The notes beneath the pieces are model-generated. The model was not told the DNA's origin. It saw only the letters and a program-made list of their open reading frames with translations, and ran no database searches. This document shows positions 28,441 to 39,715 of a DNA stretch of 64,000 bases, piece by piece. Positions within the stretch are counted from its first letter, which is position 1, and each line of letters opens with the position of its first letter. A program made the position numbers and the translations under genes. The stretch comes from an uncultured Bacilli bacterium (GTDB lineage Bacteria > Bacillota_I > Bacilli_A > RF39 > UBA660): the NCBI GenBank assembly GCA_944332555.1, contig CALVKF010000001.1:38452-102451 (forward strand), in the 5' to 3' direction.

Positions 28441-28707
28441 TGGAGGGCGGAGACACTAACAGCAGTATTTAAATTGTTTATATTTAAAAGAAAACTTAAT
28501 ACTTTAATATTGTAGGAACTATAAGACTATAATTTATATTATAGAAAGGTTTGTAAAAGAGTTAATGATCAATAACGAACATATTTAAGAAAACTTAAAT
28601 TTATACCGGTCTGTTCGGAAAACCGTCGGACTCCTCTCCTCCACAATAATATTATAACATATTTTTGAAAAAAGTATGTAATAAATGTGTTATTTTTGTG
28701 AATTTTT

Positions 28708-29565
28708 TTATTTTTTGGCAAAATCTTGAGAATTTTTGGCAAAAAATTCATAATAAACCCTTACATTTTCTAAATCTGACCATTTTTTTACTCTAGCAGG
28801 ATATGAATCTAGATCATATATTTTAGCATCTTTAATATTTAGTAAAAATGGTGAATGGGTGGCAATGATAAATTGGCAATTAAAAAATCTGGCTGAATCT
28901 TCTAAAAATTGAGCTAATTTAATTTGGGTACTAGCAGACATACTATTTTCTGGTTCATCTAAAATGTATAAACCATCTTCTTTAATAGCTGATGCAAAAT
29001 GCATTAAAGCTGACTCACCGTTGGATTGTTCAGGCATTTCGGCGACTGCTACTCTTGATTTCACAAATTTAGACAAAGTCATTTTTTTGGCATCCACAGC
29101 ATTAACTAATTCTTCATAAGTCTTTATGCTATCAGAATTTTTATATTTTTTATCAAAATATTCTTCAAGCATCTCTTCTCTTTTATCATATATACCATAA
29201 TTAACTCGCCGAACATTAAATAAATATTCAAATATATCATCACTACTAATAATTTTTATCTCCCGCGGTCTTTTATTAAATTTATATTTACAATTAGCAA
29301 TATAATTAACAAATGTTTCACATGTACCATATTCTCTTTCCCTCCTTGCATTAATTGCTTCAGCCATAATATTTAAAGCTGTAGATTTTCCCGAACCATT
29401 ACCACCATAAATAAAGGTAATTGTATCAAATTCAATTTTTTCCAAACCTCTTTCAGGAAATATATGACAAGGATATCTATTTTTAACATAAGTTCTTTGT
29501 TCCTTAAGTAGCAAATTATTTTCAGCATCTTCATTTAATAAATTAAACTCTTTTAAATAAATCAT
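28708..29565 (+). CDS. Small ABC/SMC-like AAA ATPase (AAA_21-type)
   Basis: Walker A is GGNGSGKST, the signature-like region is SNGESALM, Walker B is LYILDEPENSM and the H-loop is ATHSPF. The protein is 285 aa. Confidence 0.6.
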
Positions 29566-29626
29566 GAAATCATCTCCAATTAAAGTATAGCATAAAATTT
29601 AATCTAATACAATCATTTGTTTGCAC

Positions 29627-30166
29627 CTAATTTATTTCTTTAATTTTCTCAAATAAATCAGGTATCGCTTCTTCTTTTAATTGGAGTTCAATGTTCTTAC
29701 TTCTATTTTCAAATATGCCATTTACTTTATAAAAATACAAATGAATAAATAAACGTAATTTGTTTTCTTTTATTAATTTAATTAATTTATCTTCTTGTAA
29801 TTTATAATAAGTCATTTGATAATACCTATAATGCATTACATTTTTAATAACTTTCTTGCTATATCTAATAAGACACATATCACTTAATTTAAAAACACAT
29901 CTTTTAATTAGATCATCAAAATAAATATACCCGCGTTGTTCTAATAAGTTCTTGTTCTTATCATAAATATTAATATAAAACTTTTCATTATCACTTTTAA
30001 GTTCTATTCCTTTATAATCTGGGGTATAGAGATTATCAATCTCTTTACCTAGTAATTTTTCAAGAGTTAAACCACCTCCATTAATGCCATTATCTACCAC
30101 TGTTGGTACATACCCTAAACTTTTTATTCTTTCAAATTCTGCGATTAATTCTTCTATACTATTCAT
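29627..30166 (-). CDS. MutH/Sau3AI-family PD-(D/E)xK endonuclease
   Basis: The sequence DNGINGGGLTLEKLLG...PDYKGIELKS aligns with E. coli MutH (DKGWIGVLLEIWLG...DFAALGVELKT). The RBS is aaggaggg. Confidence 0.6.
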   Translation of the reverse strand: MNSIEELIAEFERIKSLGYVPTVVDNGINGGGLTLEKLLGKEIDNLYTPDYKGIELKSDNEKFYINIYDKNKNLLEQRGYIYFDDLIKRCVFKLSDMCLIRYSKKVIKNVMHYRYYQMTYYKLQEDKLIKLIKENKLRLFIHLYFYKVNGIFENRSKNIELQLKEEAIPDLFEKIKEIN

Positions 30167-30332
30167 AAATCGCCCTCCTTAAGTGATGTATCTTATCACA
30201 ACTTAAGCGATTATTTTGTCGAATTAAGGAAGCAAAGGCAATTTTTTTAAATTTATTACAATTTTACATACTTTTTTAGCCAATATTACATGTTTAATCA
30301 TAAACCGGGCGAAAAGGTCCACCATCAAAAAA

Positions 30333-30354
30333 AGAGATTTTCCAATCTCTTTTA
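30333..30354 (-). terminator. Terminator downstream of the tRNA pair
   Basis: On the minus strand the hairpin is aaagagattggaaaatctcttt, followed by ttttttt. Confidence 0.55.
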
Positions 30355-30364
30355 ATCCTTAATT

Positions 30365-30449
<85 letters not shown>

Positions 30450-30461
30450 ACAAATAAAAAA

Positions 30462-30538
30462 TGGTGGACCTCGAAGGACTCGAACCTTCGACCGCCCGGT
30501 TATGAGCCGGATGCTCTAACCAACTGAGCTAGAGGTCC
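30462..30538 (-). tRNA. tRNA with CAU anticodon (Met, or Ile2 with lysidine)
   Basis: The rc is ggacctctagctcagttggttagagcatccggctcataaccgggcggtcgaaggttcgagtccttcgaggtccacca. It closely resembles Bacillus tRNA-Ile2(CAU). Confidence 0.85.
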
Positions 30539-30593
30539 GTGATACAATAATAATATCACAATAACAGGTATTGTTCAAGTGATTTTGATTAAT

Positions 30594-30652
30594 TTTTTGA
30601 AATAATTTTAGCTCATGGTTAGAGCAGCAAGGCATTATCATAATCGAGGCCA
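30594..30652 (+). pseudogene. Degenerate 5' fragment of a tRNA (copy of the CAU tRNA D-arm region)
   Basis: tagctcatggttagagcag matches tagctcagttggttagagca of the adjacent tRNA. The remainder is diverged and in the opposite orientation. Confidence 0.4.
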
Positions 30653-30734
30653 GACATTTATAATACACTAAATACTTCGTTATAAGTGGTTTTGATTGAT
30701 TTTATATAAATTTTTTAACTCAAAATAAAAGATT

Positions 30735-30765
30735 TAAGAACCCCCTTAAATCTTAAATCTTTTCC
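30735..30765 (-). terminator. Terminator for the 30770..31279 gene
   Basis: On the minus strand the hairpin is aagatttaagggggttcttaaatctt, followed by ttattttg. Confidence 0.5.
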
Positions 30766-30769
30766 AAAA

Positions 30770-31279
30770 TTATTTATCTTGCAACATATTTAATAAATCG
30801 ATTTTAAACATGTCTTTAGATGCATTTGCTTTAGATATCATTATACCTTTATAAGTTGTAAGTTCTGATCTATGTCCTTCAAGCAAGATATCAGATGGTG
30901 TAATAGTTTCAAGCACTACTACTTCATCTTTTTTGTGAACTGTATATATTAACTTAACATCACCGTGAATTTGCGCAAACATCTTATCACTTGGAAGTTT
31001 AAGTTCATATGTTTCTGTACCATTTTTCTTATTAACAGAAACTAGTTCACCAACGAATTTACCATTTCTTAAAGCTGGGTAATAATCAAAATTTAATTTT
31101 TTGAATGCAAGCATATTATATTTTTTTAATGCTCTTTCCAACTTTTTAAATTCGTTTTCACAAACGTATTCTAAAACATATCCTTTCATTTTTCCATACC
31201 CCCTAATTACTCGAACAATATCATTATACCACAAACTACTTTTTTTGTCAAATTTGTGTAAATTTTTCATATCGTTCAT
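30770..31279 (-). CDS. Hypothetical protein with a possible RelE/ParE-like C-terminal region
   Basis: The ORF is 169 aa. The C-terminal segment VKLIYTVHKKDEVVVLETITPSDILLEGHRSE is reminiscent of the RelE/ParE fold. The assignment is weak. Confidence 0.3.
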   Translation of the reverse strand: MNDMKNLHKFDKKSSLWYNDIVRVIRGYGKMKGYVLEYVCENEFKKLERALKKYNMLAFKKLNFDYYPALRNGKFVGELVSVNKKNGTETYELKLPSDKMFAQIHGDVKLIYTVHKKDEVVVLETITPSDILLEGHRSELTTYKGIMISKANASKDMFKIDLLNMLQDK

Positions 31280-31316
31280 AGTATTTCCACAATGGGACTA
31301 AATTATACCAAAAATA

Positions 31317-31910
31317 TTATGCTTTGTCAAATTTTGTCGAAAAAAATTTCTGAAACATTCTATTTTTCCATAATTTATATAAAATATAAAGAATAATTAT
31401 TACTAATATTAGTTTCGAATATTTACTAATTATCCCAGCAAATATATGCCAATTATCTGCAAGTAATACTCCGGCATAGACAAGTATTGTGTTCCAAATT
31501 ATTGAACCAATTGTTGTATATATTAAAAATATTTTCATATTCATTCGATCAATACCTGCAGGAATAGAAATTAAGCTTCTTATTATTGGCACACATCTCC
31601 CATATAAAACAGCTTTTTTTCCATATTTATTAAACCAAGAATTAGTTTTATCTAATTCACTATCTTTAAACCATTTGAAATTTTTTATATATACCCCCAC
31701 ATAATATAAAATAATTGCTCCAATTAAAGAGCCCAAACTTGATGAAATTATTACACCAATTGGGGTTAAATCACTGCTTTTTGTAATAAACCCACCAAAA
31801 GTAAGTATTACTTCTGATGGAATCGGCGGAAATATATTTTCTATAGCTATTAGAAAAAATATTCCCACATAACCATAAGTATCCATAATATTTAAAATAA
31901 AATCTCCCAT
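31317..31910 (-). CDS. DedA/SNARE-associated family membrane protein
   Basis: The sequence GYVGIFFLIAIENIFPPIPSEVILTFGGF is the DedA signature. Confidence 0.8.
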   Translation of the reverse strand: MGDFILNIMDTYGYVGIFFLIAIENIFPPIPSEVILTFGGFITKSSDLTPIGVIISSSLGSLIGAIILYYVGVYIKNFKWFKDSELDKTNSWFNKYGKKAVLYGRCVPIIRSLISIPAGIDRMNMKIFLIYTTIGSIIWNTILVYAGVLLADNWHIFAGIISKYSKLILVIIILYILYKLWKNRMFQKFFSTKFDKA

Positions 31911-31936
31911 AAAACCCCCATTAAAAAAATAATTGG

Positions 31937-32185
31937 TTAAAGTTTAAGTCTTACTATTGTTTCACCTAAGTTCCAATTATTTAATTTATATTCTAATACA
32001 TCTTTATTATTTCTTAGTATTCTATGCACTTCTTTAGTAAGAATATTTGTACTTTTACCATGGATAATAATAATATATTCATTTTTCATTAATTTATTAT
32101 CATGAATAAACTCACTAACTAAAGCATCAACCATAGCAACAATTTCTCCATGTAAATCAAGCTTTGGAGTTTTACTAGTGATCAT
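31937..32185 (-). CDS. Smr-domain protein
   Basis: The ORF is 82 aa. The motif LDLHG and the Smr fold pattern are present. Confidence 0.6.
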   Translation of the reverse strand: MITSKTPKLDLHGEIVAMVDALVSEFIHDNKLMKNEYIIIIHGKSTNILTKEVHRILRNNKDVLEYKLNNWNLGETIVRLKL

Positions 32186-33228
32186 TGTGGGTTACTTGGT
32201 TGTTCAGGTGTTGGTTGCATTGGTTGTTGAGTCACTTGAGGTTGTTCAGTTTGAGTAGGCCCTACTTGTGGTTGTTGGGTTGGTGGTGTTTGCGGGTTCG
32301 GATTTTGGCTAGTTGTATTTCCACCATTAACTTTTTTAGCATAATAATCAAGTACTTCTGATAAACTTGGAATTGATAATCTTGAACCCATTTTTTGCAC
32401 TGATAATCCCCCAGCAATATTGGCAAGCATTACAGTTTTTTCCATATCAAAGCCACTAGCAATTCCATAAGTAAATGCCCCGTGGAATATGTCCCCGGCC
32501 CCAGTTGTGTCTACCGCCGTACATTTAAGTCCTGGCATAATCTTTATTTGATTGCCGGCTTGATACAAAGCTCCATGTTCTTCTAGTGTTACTACAATTG
32601 TAGCATTAGGATATCTATTTTGTAATTTATTATAAATATTTACTAAACTTTGAGGTTGTTCAAAGTTAAATTTTAAACCTGTTAGGTTTTCCGCAAAACC
32701 TTTAGAACAAACAATATATTTAATATATTTACAAAGTTCAAGTAATTCTTGCGTAACACGACCCGCATCAATTATAGTAATTGCTTCAGGAAACTTAGTT
32801 ATAGCATTTTGAGTTGCTCCATAATCATGGCCATCAGTAAATATTATATCTGGAGTAAATTCATAATTATATTTTTTTAAAGCTGGATATTCTGTTGCCA
32901 CATTAAAAACAGTTCTGGAACCATTTTTCTTATTAACCATAATATATGAAAAAGATGTATCTTTTTCATAACTAGTTTCAATATAATCAGTATTAACATG
33001 AACATCTTGAAATTCTTTTTTAATTCTTGTTCCAAAATCATCACTACCTACATTTGTAGCAATAATTGTATCAACACCCCATTTACCCAGCAAATATGCC
33101 GCATTCGAAGCGGGGCCTCCACCACTAGAATATTTTTCATTAAAACGATATTTAGCATTCTCCACAGGGTATTCATCTACTGGAACTGTCATATCCCAAC
33201 TAGTATGTCCTATACATAAAACTTTCAT
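32182..33228 (-). CDS. PfkB-family carbohydrate kinase with a P/Q/T-rich C-terminal tail
   Basis: The N-terminus VLCIGHTSWD and the motif TGAGDIFHGAF are PfkB-like. The tail reads QNPNPQTPPTQQPQVGPTQTEQPQVTQQPMQPTPEQPSNPQ. Confidence 0.7.
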   Translation of the reverse strand: MKVLCIGHTSWDMTVPVDEYPVENAKYRFNEKYSSGGGPASNAAYLLGKWGVDTIIATNVGSDDFGTRIKKEFQDVHVNTDYIETSYEKDTSFSYIMVNKKNGSRTVFNVATEYPALKKYNYEFTPDIIFTDGHDYGATQNAITKFPEAITIIDAGRVTQELLELCKYIKYIVCSKGFAENLTGLKFNFEQPQSLVNIYNKLQNRYPNATIVVTLEEHGALYQAGNQIKIMPGLKCTAVDTTGAGDIFHGAFTYGIASGFDMEKTVMLANIAGGLSVQKMGSRLSIPSLSEVLDYYAKKVNGGNTTSQNPNPQTPPTQQPQVGPTQTEQPQVTQQPMQPTPEQPSNPQ

Positions 33229-33246
33229 TAATAATCAATCCTTTCA

Positions 33247-34443
33247 TTATATACTAACAATAAATGGTTGAGTCAAAGAACCATTACCACTTATAAATAC
33301 ACAATCACTTTTCAAATAAAACACTGGTCTTACTGCACTAATATTATCTACTTTACCATAACTACTACTATCATTTACATGACCATTACTAAATATAAAA
33401 TAAACATAATTACTTGTACCTTCAACCTTACTTATGGTCCATTCATCTAACCCCATATATAAATAATTAGTACTTAAGCCATTTAAATAATTATCACTCC
33501 CCCAAAACTCTGGATAAGAGGAATAATAATAATCACTAACATCCATAAGTATTATATCCCCATCAACTAAACTAATACTACTTCCTAAATAAATTCTAAA
33601 ATTAACATTTAAATTTATTTTATTTAAATTAGATTCTTCCCAATTATTTACTTTACTTGCATTATTCCAATAATAAGTACTTACATCATCATAAATACTT
33701 CCTTTATAGTAGGTATCTCCAATTTGATAAGTATTAAAATATGCACCATCTAACCCTAACATATCACTTGTTGCATAATCATTCTTAATTACTTTTAATC
33801 TTCCATTAAATACACCTATTATTCTATATAATTCATTATTAATACTTATATAATTATTTGGATTACTTCCTACATATCTATAAGTATTATCACTATCTAA
33901 ATAGTATAAATTATTATTACTTAATTCTTTTATATAATCACTAATCTTTACTTTATCTTCTCTTAAAATTACATCTATATCTACATTTGTAGTATCTCCA
34001 CTCACTTCAAATGTCCATTCATCTTTACTATTATTTATTGGACAATCGCTTTTTACTAAATATAATCCAGTTTTATTGCTTAAATCTAATCTGTTACTTA
34101 CACCATTATTATCGATTACATTAAGTGCTAAATTGCTTACATTATTATTAACTTTAACATAGACATTGTAATTAGCACTATTACTATATTCGGCACTCAA
34201 ACTAATTTTATTATTATTACTATCAAGTTTTCCATTATCAAGTTTTAATACATCACTATAATTTATTATTTCTACACTCTTTTCATCATTTAATACTACT
34301 TTAGTTTCTTCTAATTCAGAGTTTTTAGAATATACATAATATTCATAAAATATCTTCATAAATAAAACAACTGTTACAAGTAATATTAAAAACAATAATA
34401 ATTTTAATCTTTTATCTTTATTTATCCTTTCTACTAAATTCAT
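33247..34443 (-). CDS. Membrane-anchored surface protein, paralog family member 1 (shares the C-terminal W-rich domain)
   Basis: There is an N-terminal transmembrane helix. The C-terminal motifs YRYVGSNPNNY, LYRIIGVF and VRPVFYL are shared with 51624..52844 and 53284..54945. Confidence 0.6.
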   Translation of the reverse strand: MNLVERINKDKRLKLLLFLILLVTVVLFMKIFYEYYVYSKNSELEETKVVLNDEKSVEIINYSDVLKLDNGKLDSNNNKISLSAEYSNSANYNVYVKVNNNVSNLALNVIDNNGVSNRLDLSNKTGLYLVKSDCPINNSKDEWTFEVSGDTTNVDIDVILREDKVKISDYIKELSNNNLYYLDSDNTYRYVGSNPNNYISINNELYRIIGVFNGRLKVIKNDYATSDMLGLDGAYFNTYQIGDTYYKGSIYDDVSTYYWNNASKVNNWEESNLNKINLNVNFRIYLGSSISLVDGDIILMDVSDYYYSSYPEFWGSDNYLNGLSTNYLYMGLDEWTISKVEGTSNYVYFIFSNGHVNDSSSYGKVDNISAVRPVFYLKSDCVFISGNGSLTQPFIVSI

Positions 34444-34479
34444 ACATCTACTCCTTTATTTATGAGATATTTTTATTTA

Positions 34480-35874
34480 TTAAGCTCCTAATTTACAAAC
34501 AGTATCAGCAGTAATACTTTGAACTGTAATAGTTCCAAATTCATCTATTGAGGCTGTTGCATTGTTTGTGCATGTTACTGCACTATAATTATTAGTATTA
34601 TTTACTTTAAATGTTGCTGAATCTAGAGCATTTATAGTTTTAGTATTCGCTGTATCATTAAAATAAACTAAATGACTATCTAAATAATCTTTGTCTGGAT
34701 AACTAGCACCATAAGTAGCTGTTAAATCAATAAGCATGGCTCCGTCGAAATACATTGTACCAGCAATATTGTTATTATTAAAATCTAATCTTAATGGATA
34801 ATTTCCACTAGTAAAGCTTGAACGATCTTTTACTGCACTAACTATTGTCCAATCATTAGCTGTAGGGGCTACTCCTTCAACAAAATTTGGTTCAGCAACT
34901 GGCCAATAAATACCAGCAGAGATTGAGGTTGCATCTAAAACATAAGCTTCTACTCTTCCATAATATATATGTGTTGCATCTAAAGGCCAAGCAGAGGTTG
35001 TATTAGATGTTATTTCTGGACTACCAGCTGAACCGTTTAATTGGCATGAATAAGAACCATATTTAGCATAAGAAGTTGAATATGCACATGCTGACCAACC
35101 AGTTTGTCCCTCAAAATTTCCTATAGAACCTAATAAATTTGTCAATGTATAATCACTACCTACTATTTCAGTATTTTCAGCAACCAATGTTACTTCATTA
35201 GTTTCTTTAACATCAGCATTCATAATAAATTCAATATTAAAATTATTTCCATAATTACCTGATTGATCATAAGATTGATTTAAATAAGTTAAAGTAAATG
35301 TCCAATTTTGGGCTGTTGCAGTCGTACTAGAATTAGAAGTAATGGCATAATCGCTCGCAACAGCATAAAGACCTGATGCTCCAGTTACATCAAAACCAGT
35401 TACTCCATTATATGTTCCATAAGTTAGACCATCAATATTAGTTATTTCTGTATCATCTTGAAAAACTGTAAGAATTACTTCTGGATTACCTTCTTGAGTA
35501 TAATTTAAAGTATTTGCAGTAACATTAAAATAAACATAATAAGAATCTTCTGCTGTATTATTAGTAGAATTAGCGGTAAGTTCTGCTCGATAAGTTGTGC
35601 TTTGAGCATAGTTACCTCCACCTTCAGGTAGTGTTGTAGATGTTACATTTAAATCTATTGGATTACCTTCAAAAAACTCAAGTTTATCTGTAGTATCACT
35701 GCCTATTGTAACATTTTCTCTAGCTTCATTAATAAACGCCGCCAAATAAGAGTATGTTATTCTTATAACTAATACAAGAAATACTCCTATTATTAAAATG
35801 CTTAAGAAAAATAATACTTTATCATTTTTAATCCTATTAATAATATTCTTCACTCGTTTCACCCTACTATTCAT
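34480..35874 (-). CDS. Membrane-anchored Ser/Thr/Asn-rich surface protein
   Basis: The ORF is 464 aa with an N-terminal transmembrane helix and a low-complexity extracellular region. Confidence 0.5.
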   Translation of the reverse strand: MNSRVKRVKNIINRIKNDKVLFFLSILIIGVFLVLVIRITYSYLAAFINEARENVTIGSDTTDKLEFFEGNPIDLNVTSTTLPEGGGNYAQSTTYRAELTANSTNNTAEDSYYVYFNVTANTLNYTQEGNPEVILTVFQDDTEITNIDGLTYGTYNGVTGFDVTGASGLYAVASDYAITSNSSTTATAQNWTFTLTYLNQSYDQSGNYGNNFNIEFIMNADVKETNEVTLVAENTEIVGSDYTLTNLLGSIGNFEGQTGWSACAYSTSYAKYGSYSCQLNGSAGSPEITSNTTSAWPLDATHIYYGRVEAYVLDATSISAGIYWPVAEPNFVEGVAPTANDWTIVSAVKDRSSFTSGNYPLRLDFNNNNIAGTMYFDGAMLIDLTATYGASYPDKDYLDSHLVYFNDTANTKTINALDSATFKVNNTNNYSAVTCTNNATASIDEFGTITVQSITADTVCKLGA

Positions 35875-36014
35875 TACTATAACTAGTATAACATAAATTA
35901 AAAAAAAGACATAGTCTTTTTTTTAATTTTTTATTTAAAAAGTTATATTTTATTTATTGTAAATAATAATTATTCATGTTATACTTAATTTATCAAAGTA
36001 TGGAGGTTTTGGAT

Positions 36015-37052
36015 ATGTCTAAAATAATTAATTTACATAATTCTATTAATAAATATTTTAGTAATTTTGAAAATAAATATTTAGAAAATATTATACTAGA
36101 TAAAAATTATAATATTATATTTGATCATAATATTAATTTTAATGGTTATTTTGTTAATGGTTTAATTTATAATAAAAATAATGAAATAACCATTAAAATT
36201 AATCCTTATTCTACTGAATCAATATTATTTATTCTTATGCATGAGATAACTCATGCAATAAATAAAAATAAATTAAAAGAATTAGTTATTAATTATTTAA
36301 TTCAAGAATTAGAATTAATAGAAAACGATTATATAGTTAGTGATGAACTTATTTGTGATATTGCTGGTGTATTACTAGGTAATACTAAATTCTTGAATTA
36401 TTTATATTATAATAGCAATTATAATATAAATATTAATAATAATTATAATAACTTTATAAATAACTTTTTAATTACTTGGGAATATTGTTATAAAAATAAA
36501 GATATTATATTAAATAAAATTGAATATAGTATTAGTAATAAATTAATTCCATATACAGAACATGAAATAAATAATTTTAAAAATAGTAATAAAATTATTA
36601 TTGGTAATAGTTATTCAAAAATTAAAGAATTTGTAGATGACTCATATAAAAAATCAAATAATAACAAACTATATATTGGAAAAGTAGATAACAACACAGC
36701 TGCAAAATTAATAAAGCAATTAAATGTCAACTTATTTAATTATAATGTTTGCTTAAAAAATAATGCTATTAAACACATATTACGAAAACATTCTAATAAT
36801 AAAGAAATATTAAGGGGTCAAATTCCTATTTCTAAAAATGATTTTTATTTAATACCAAAAATAATATTACAATACGATAAAATAGAAAAAGTAGGTGTTA
36901 CTAAACAAAATAAACTTGCATTAAAAATATCAAAGACAATAAATACACATCAATACAATTTAATTGTATATATTTCGGATAAAAGTAAATCTATCGAAAT
37001 ACAAACAATGTATATAATTAAAAAGAAAAAGATTTCTAGTCTCTGCGTCTAA
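36015..37052 (+). CDS. HExxH metallopeptidase-like N-domain protein with a PBECR-like C-terminal region
   Basis: The start is reassigned to ATG 36015 behind GGAGG. The zinc-binding motif is ILMHEITHA. The C-terminal motif is NAIKHILRKH. The 3' end overlaps a GC-rich hairpin. Confidence 0.45.
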   Translation: MSKIINLHNSINKYFSNFENKYLENIILDKNYNIIFDHNINFNGYFVNGLIYNKNNEITIKINPYSTESILFILMHEITHAINKNKLKELVINYLIQELELIENDYIVSDELICDIAGVLLGNTKFLNYLYYNSNYNININNNYNNFINNFLITWEYCYKNKDIILNKIEYSISNKLIPYTEHEINNFKNSNKIIIGNSYSKIKEFVDDSYKKSNNNKLYIGKVDNNTAAKLIKQLNVNLFNYNVCLKNNAIKHILRKHSNNKEILRGQIPISKNDFYLIPKIILQYDKIEKVGVTKQNKLALKISKTINTHQYNLIVYISDKSKSIEIQTMYIIKKKKISSLCV

Positions 37053-37143
37053 TGCATAAATCCCTAGACTAACGCCCGAAACGAGCAGAGATACAAAATC
37101 TTTTTCTATAAATAATATACTATCTTTTTTATTAAATGTCAAC

Positions 37144-37791
37144 TTATTTTACTTCAGTTTTTTTAATAATATATATTTTTTTATTTTTATAAAAAGCATA
37201 AAATATATCTTCATAAGTTAAGTTTTTGTTCTTTAATTCACTTTTAAGCCATGCTTCACTTTTATGAATGTGTTTTAATGCTCCTTTTTGAATAGATCCA
37301 TCAAGTATTAAAGGCATTGGGTAACTACTTTTAAGTTTAAATAAATTATATTTAAATACTGATAATTCCCCATTAGGTTCTAAAAAAGCATATTCAACCA
37401 TATCTAAATCTTTTATTCCTTGCTGTCTTAAACTTACTAGTAAATCATCTAGGGAATATCTTTGTTTAACCATTTCTTTATAATTTATTTTACCATTACA
37501 AATAATTAGGGATGGTTTACCATCAAAAAGAGTTCTAAACTTTCTTGATTTAATAGAAATATAAGCAAATAATACTTCAAGTATAACAAGTAGAGCAATA
37601 GGTATAATTGTTAAATATATGGGGTTTTCTGTCTCTTCAATAGATATTGCAACGAGTTCTGCAATAAGTATTGATACTATTAAATCTATTACTCCCAATT
37701 GCCCTATTTCTCTTTTACCCATTATTCGATATGCAATTAAAACAAAGAAGTAAAAAAATAAAGTACGAAATAATACTGTAAATAATTCCAT
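37144..37791 (-). CDS. DUF421 (YetF-like) membrane protein
   Basis: The sequence RIMGKREIGQLGVIDLIVSILIAE is the DUF421 signature. The start is taken at ATG 37791 behind GGGTGAAG. Confidence 0.7.
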   Translation of the reverse strand: MELFTVLFRTLFFYFFVLIAYRIMGKREIGQLGVIDLIVSILIAELVAISIEETENPIYLTIIPIALLVILEVLFAYISIKSRKFRTLFDGKPSLIICNGKINYKEMVKQRYSLDDLLVSLRQQGIKDLDMVEYAFLEPNGELSVFKYNLFKLKSSYPMPLILDGSIQKGALKHIHKSEAWLKSELKNKNLTYEDIFYAFYKNKKIYIIKKTEVK

Positions 37792-37850
37792 AGCTTCACC
37801 CAAATATATTATGGTGCTAAAGTAATAATTTTAATCATATTATTAACTAG

Positions 37851-38211
37851 GTGATTAATTTGAAATATTTACTTAAATATTTAGGATATTATAGTGTATT
37901 TATTATTTTACTGACATTTATTTGTAGTTTACTTAATTTAATTGGAGTAAATTCTACTATTACTAATTTAATGATTTTTATCTTTAACATTTTAGCATTC
38001 TTTATCTTTGGATTTAAAACTGGTAAAAAAGCTAGTAACAAAGGCTATATTGCAGGTTTAAAAATTGGTGGTTTATTCCTACTAATATTAATTATCATTA
38101 ATTTGTTTAGTGCTCGTAATTTCCTTAATATAACTACTCTTATTTATTATGTTGTTTTGCTTTTGTCTTCTACTCTCGGAGGGAGCCTCGGTATAAATAA
38201 AAAAGAAGATA

Positions 38212-38219
<8 letters not shown>
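37851..38219 (+). CDS. Small polytopic membrane protein
   Basis: The ORF is 122 aa with 3-4 hydrophobic helices. Confidence 0.45.
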
Positions 38220-39634
<1,415 letters not shown>

Positions 39635-39715
39635 TCAATTATAGCTTATTTTTCTTTTTTTGTCGATATTTGTTATTTAATTATCAAAATTATATGAAAA
39701 AACGAACATAACTTT

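Noticed and set aside
28569-28751. 60-aa ORF in the ireB upstream leader
   Set aside because: It overlaps the predicted promoter and leader and the start of the plus-strand ATPase. Its basic, low-complexity translation has no RBS.
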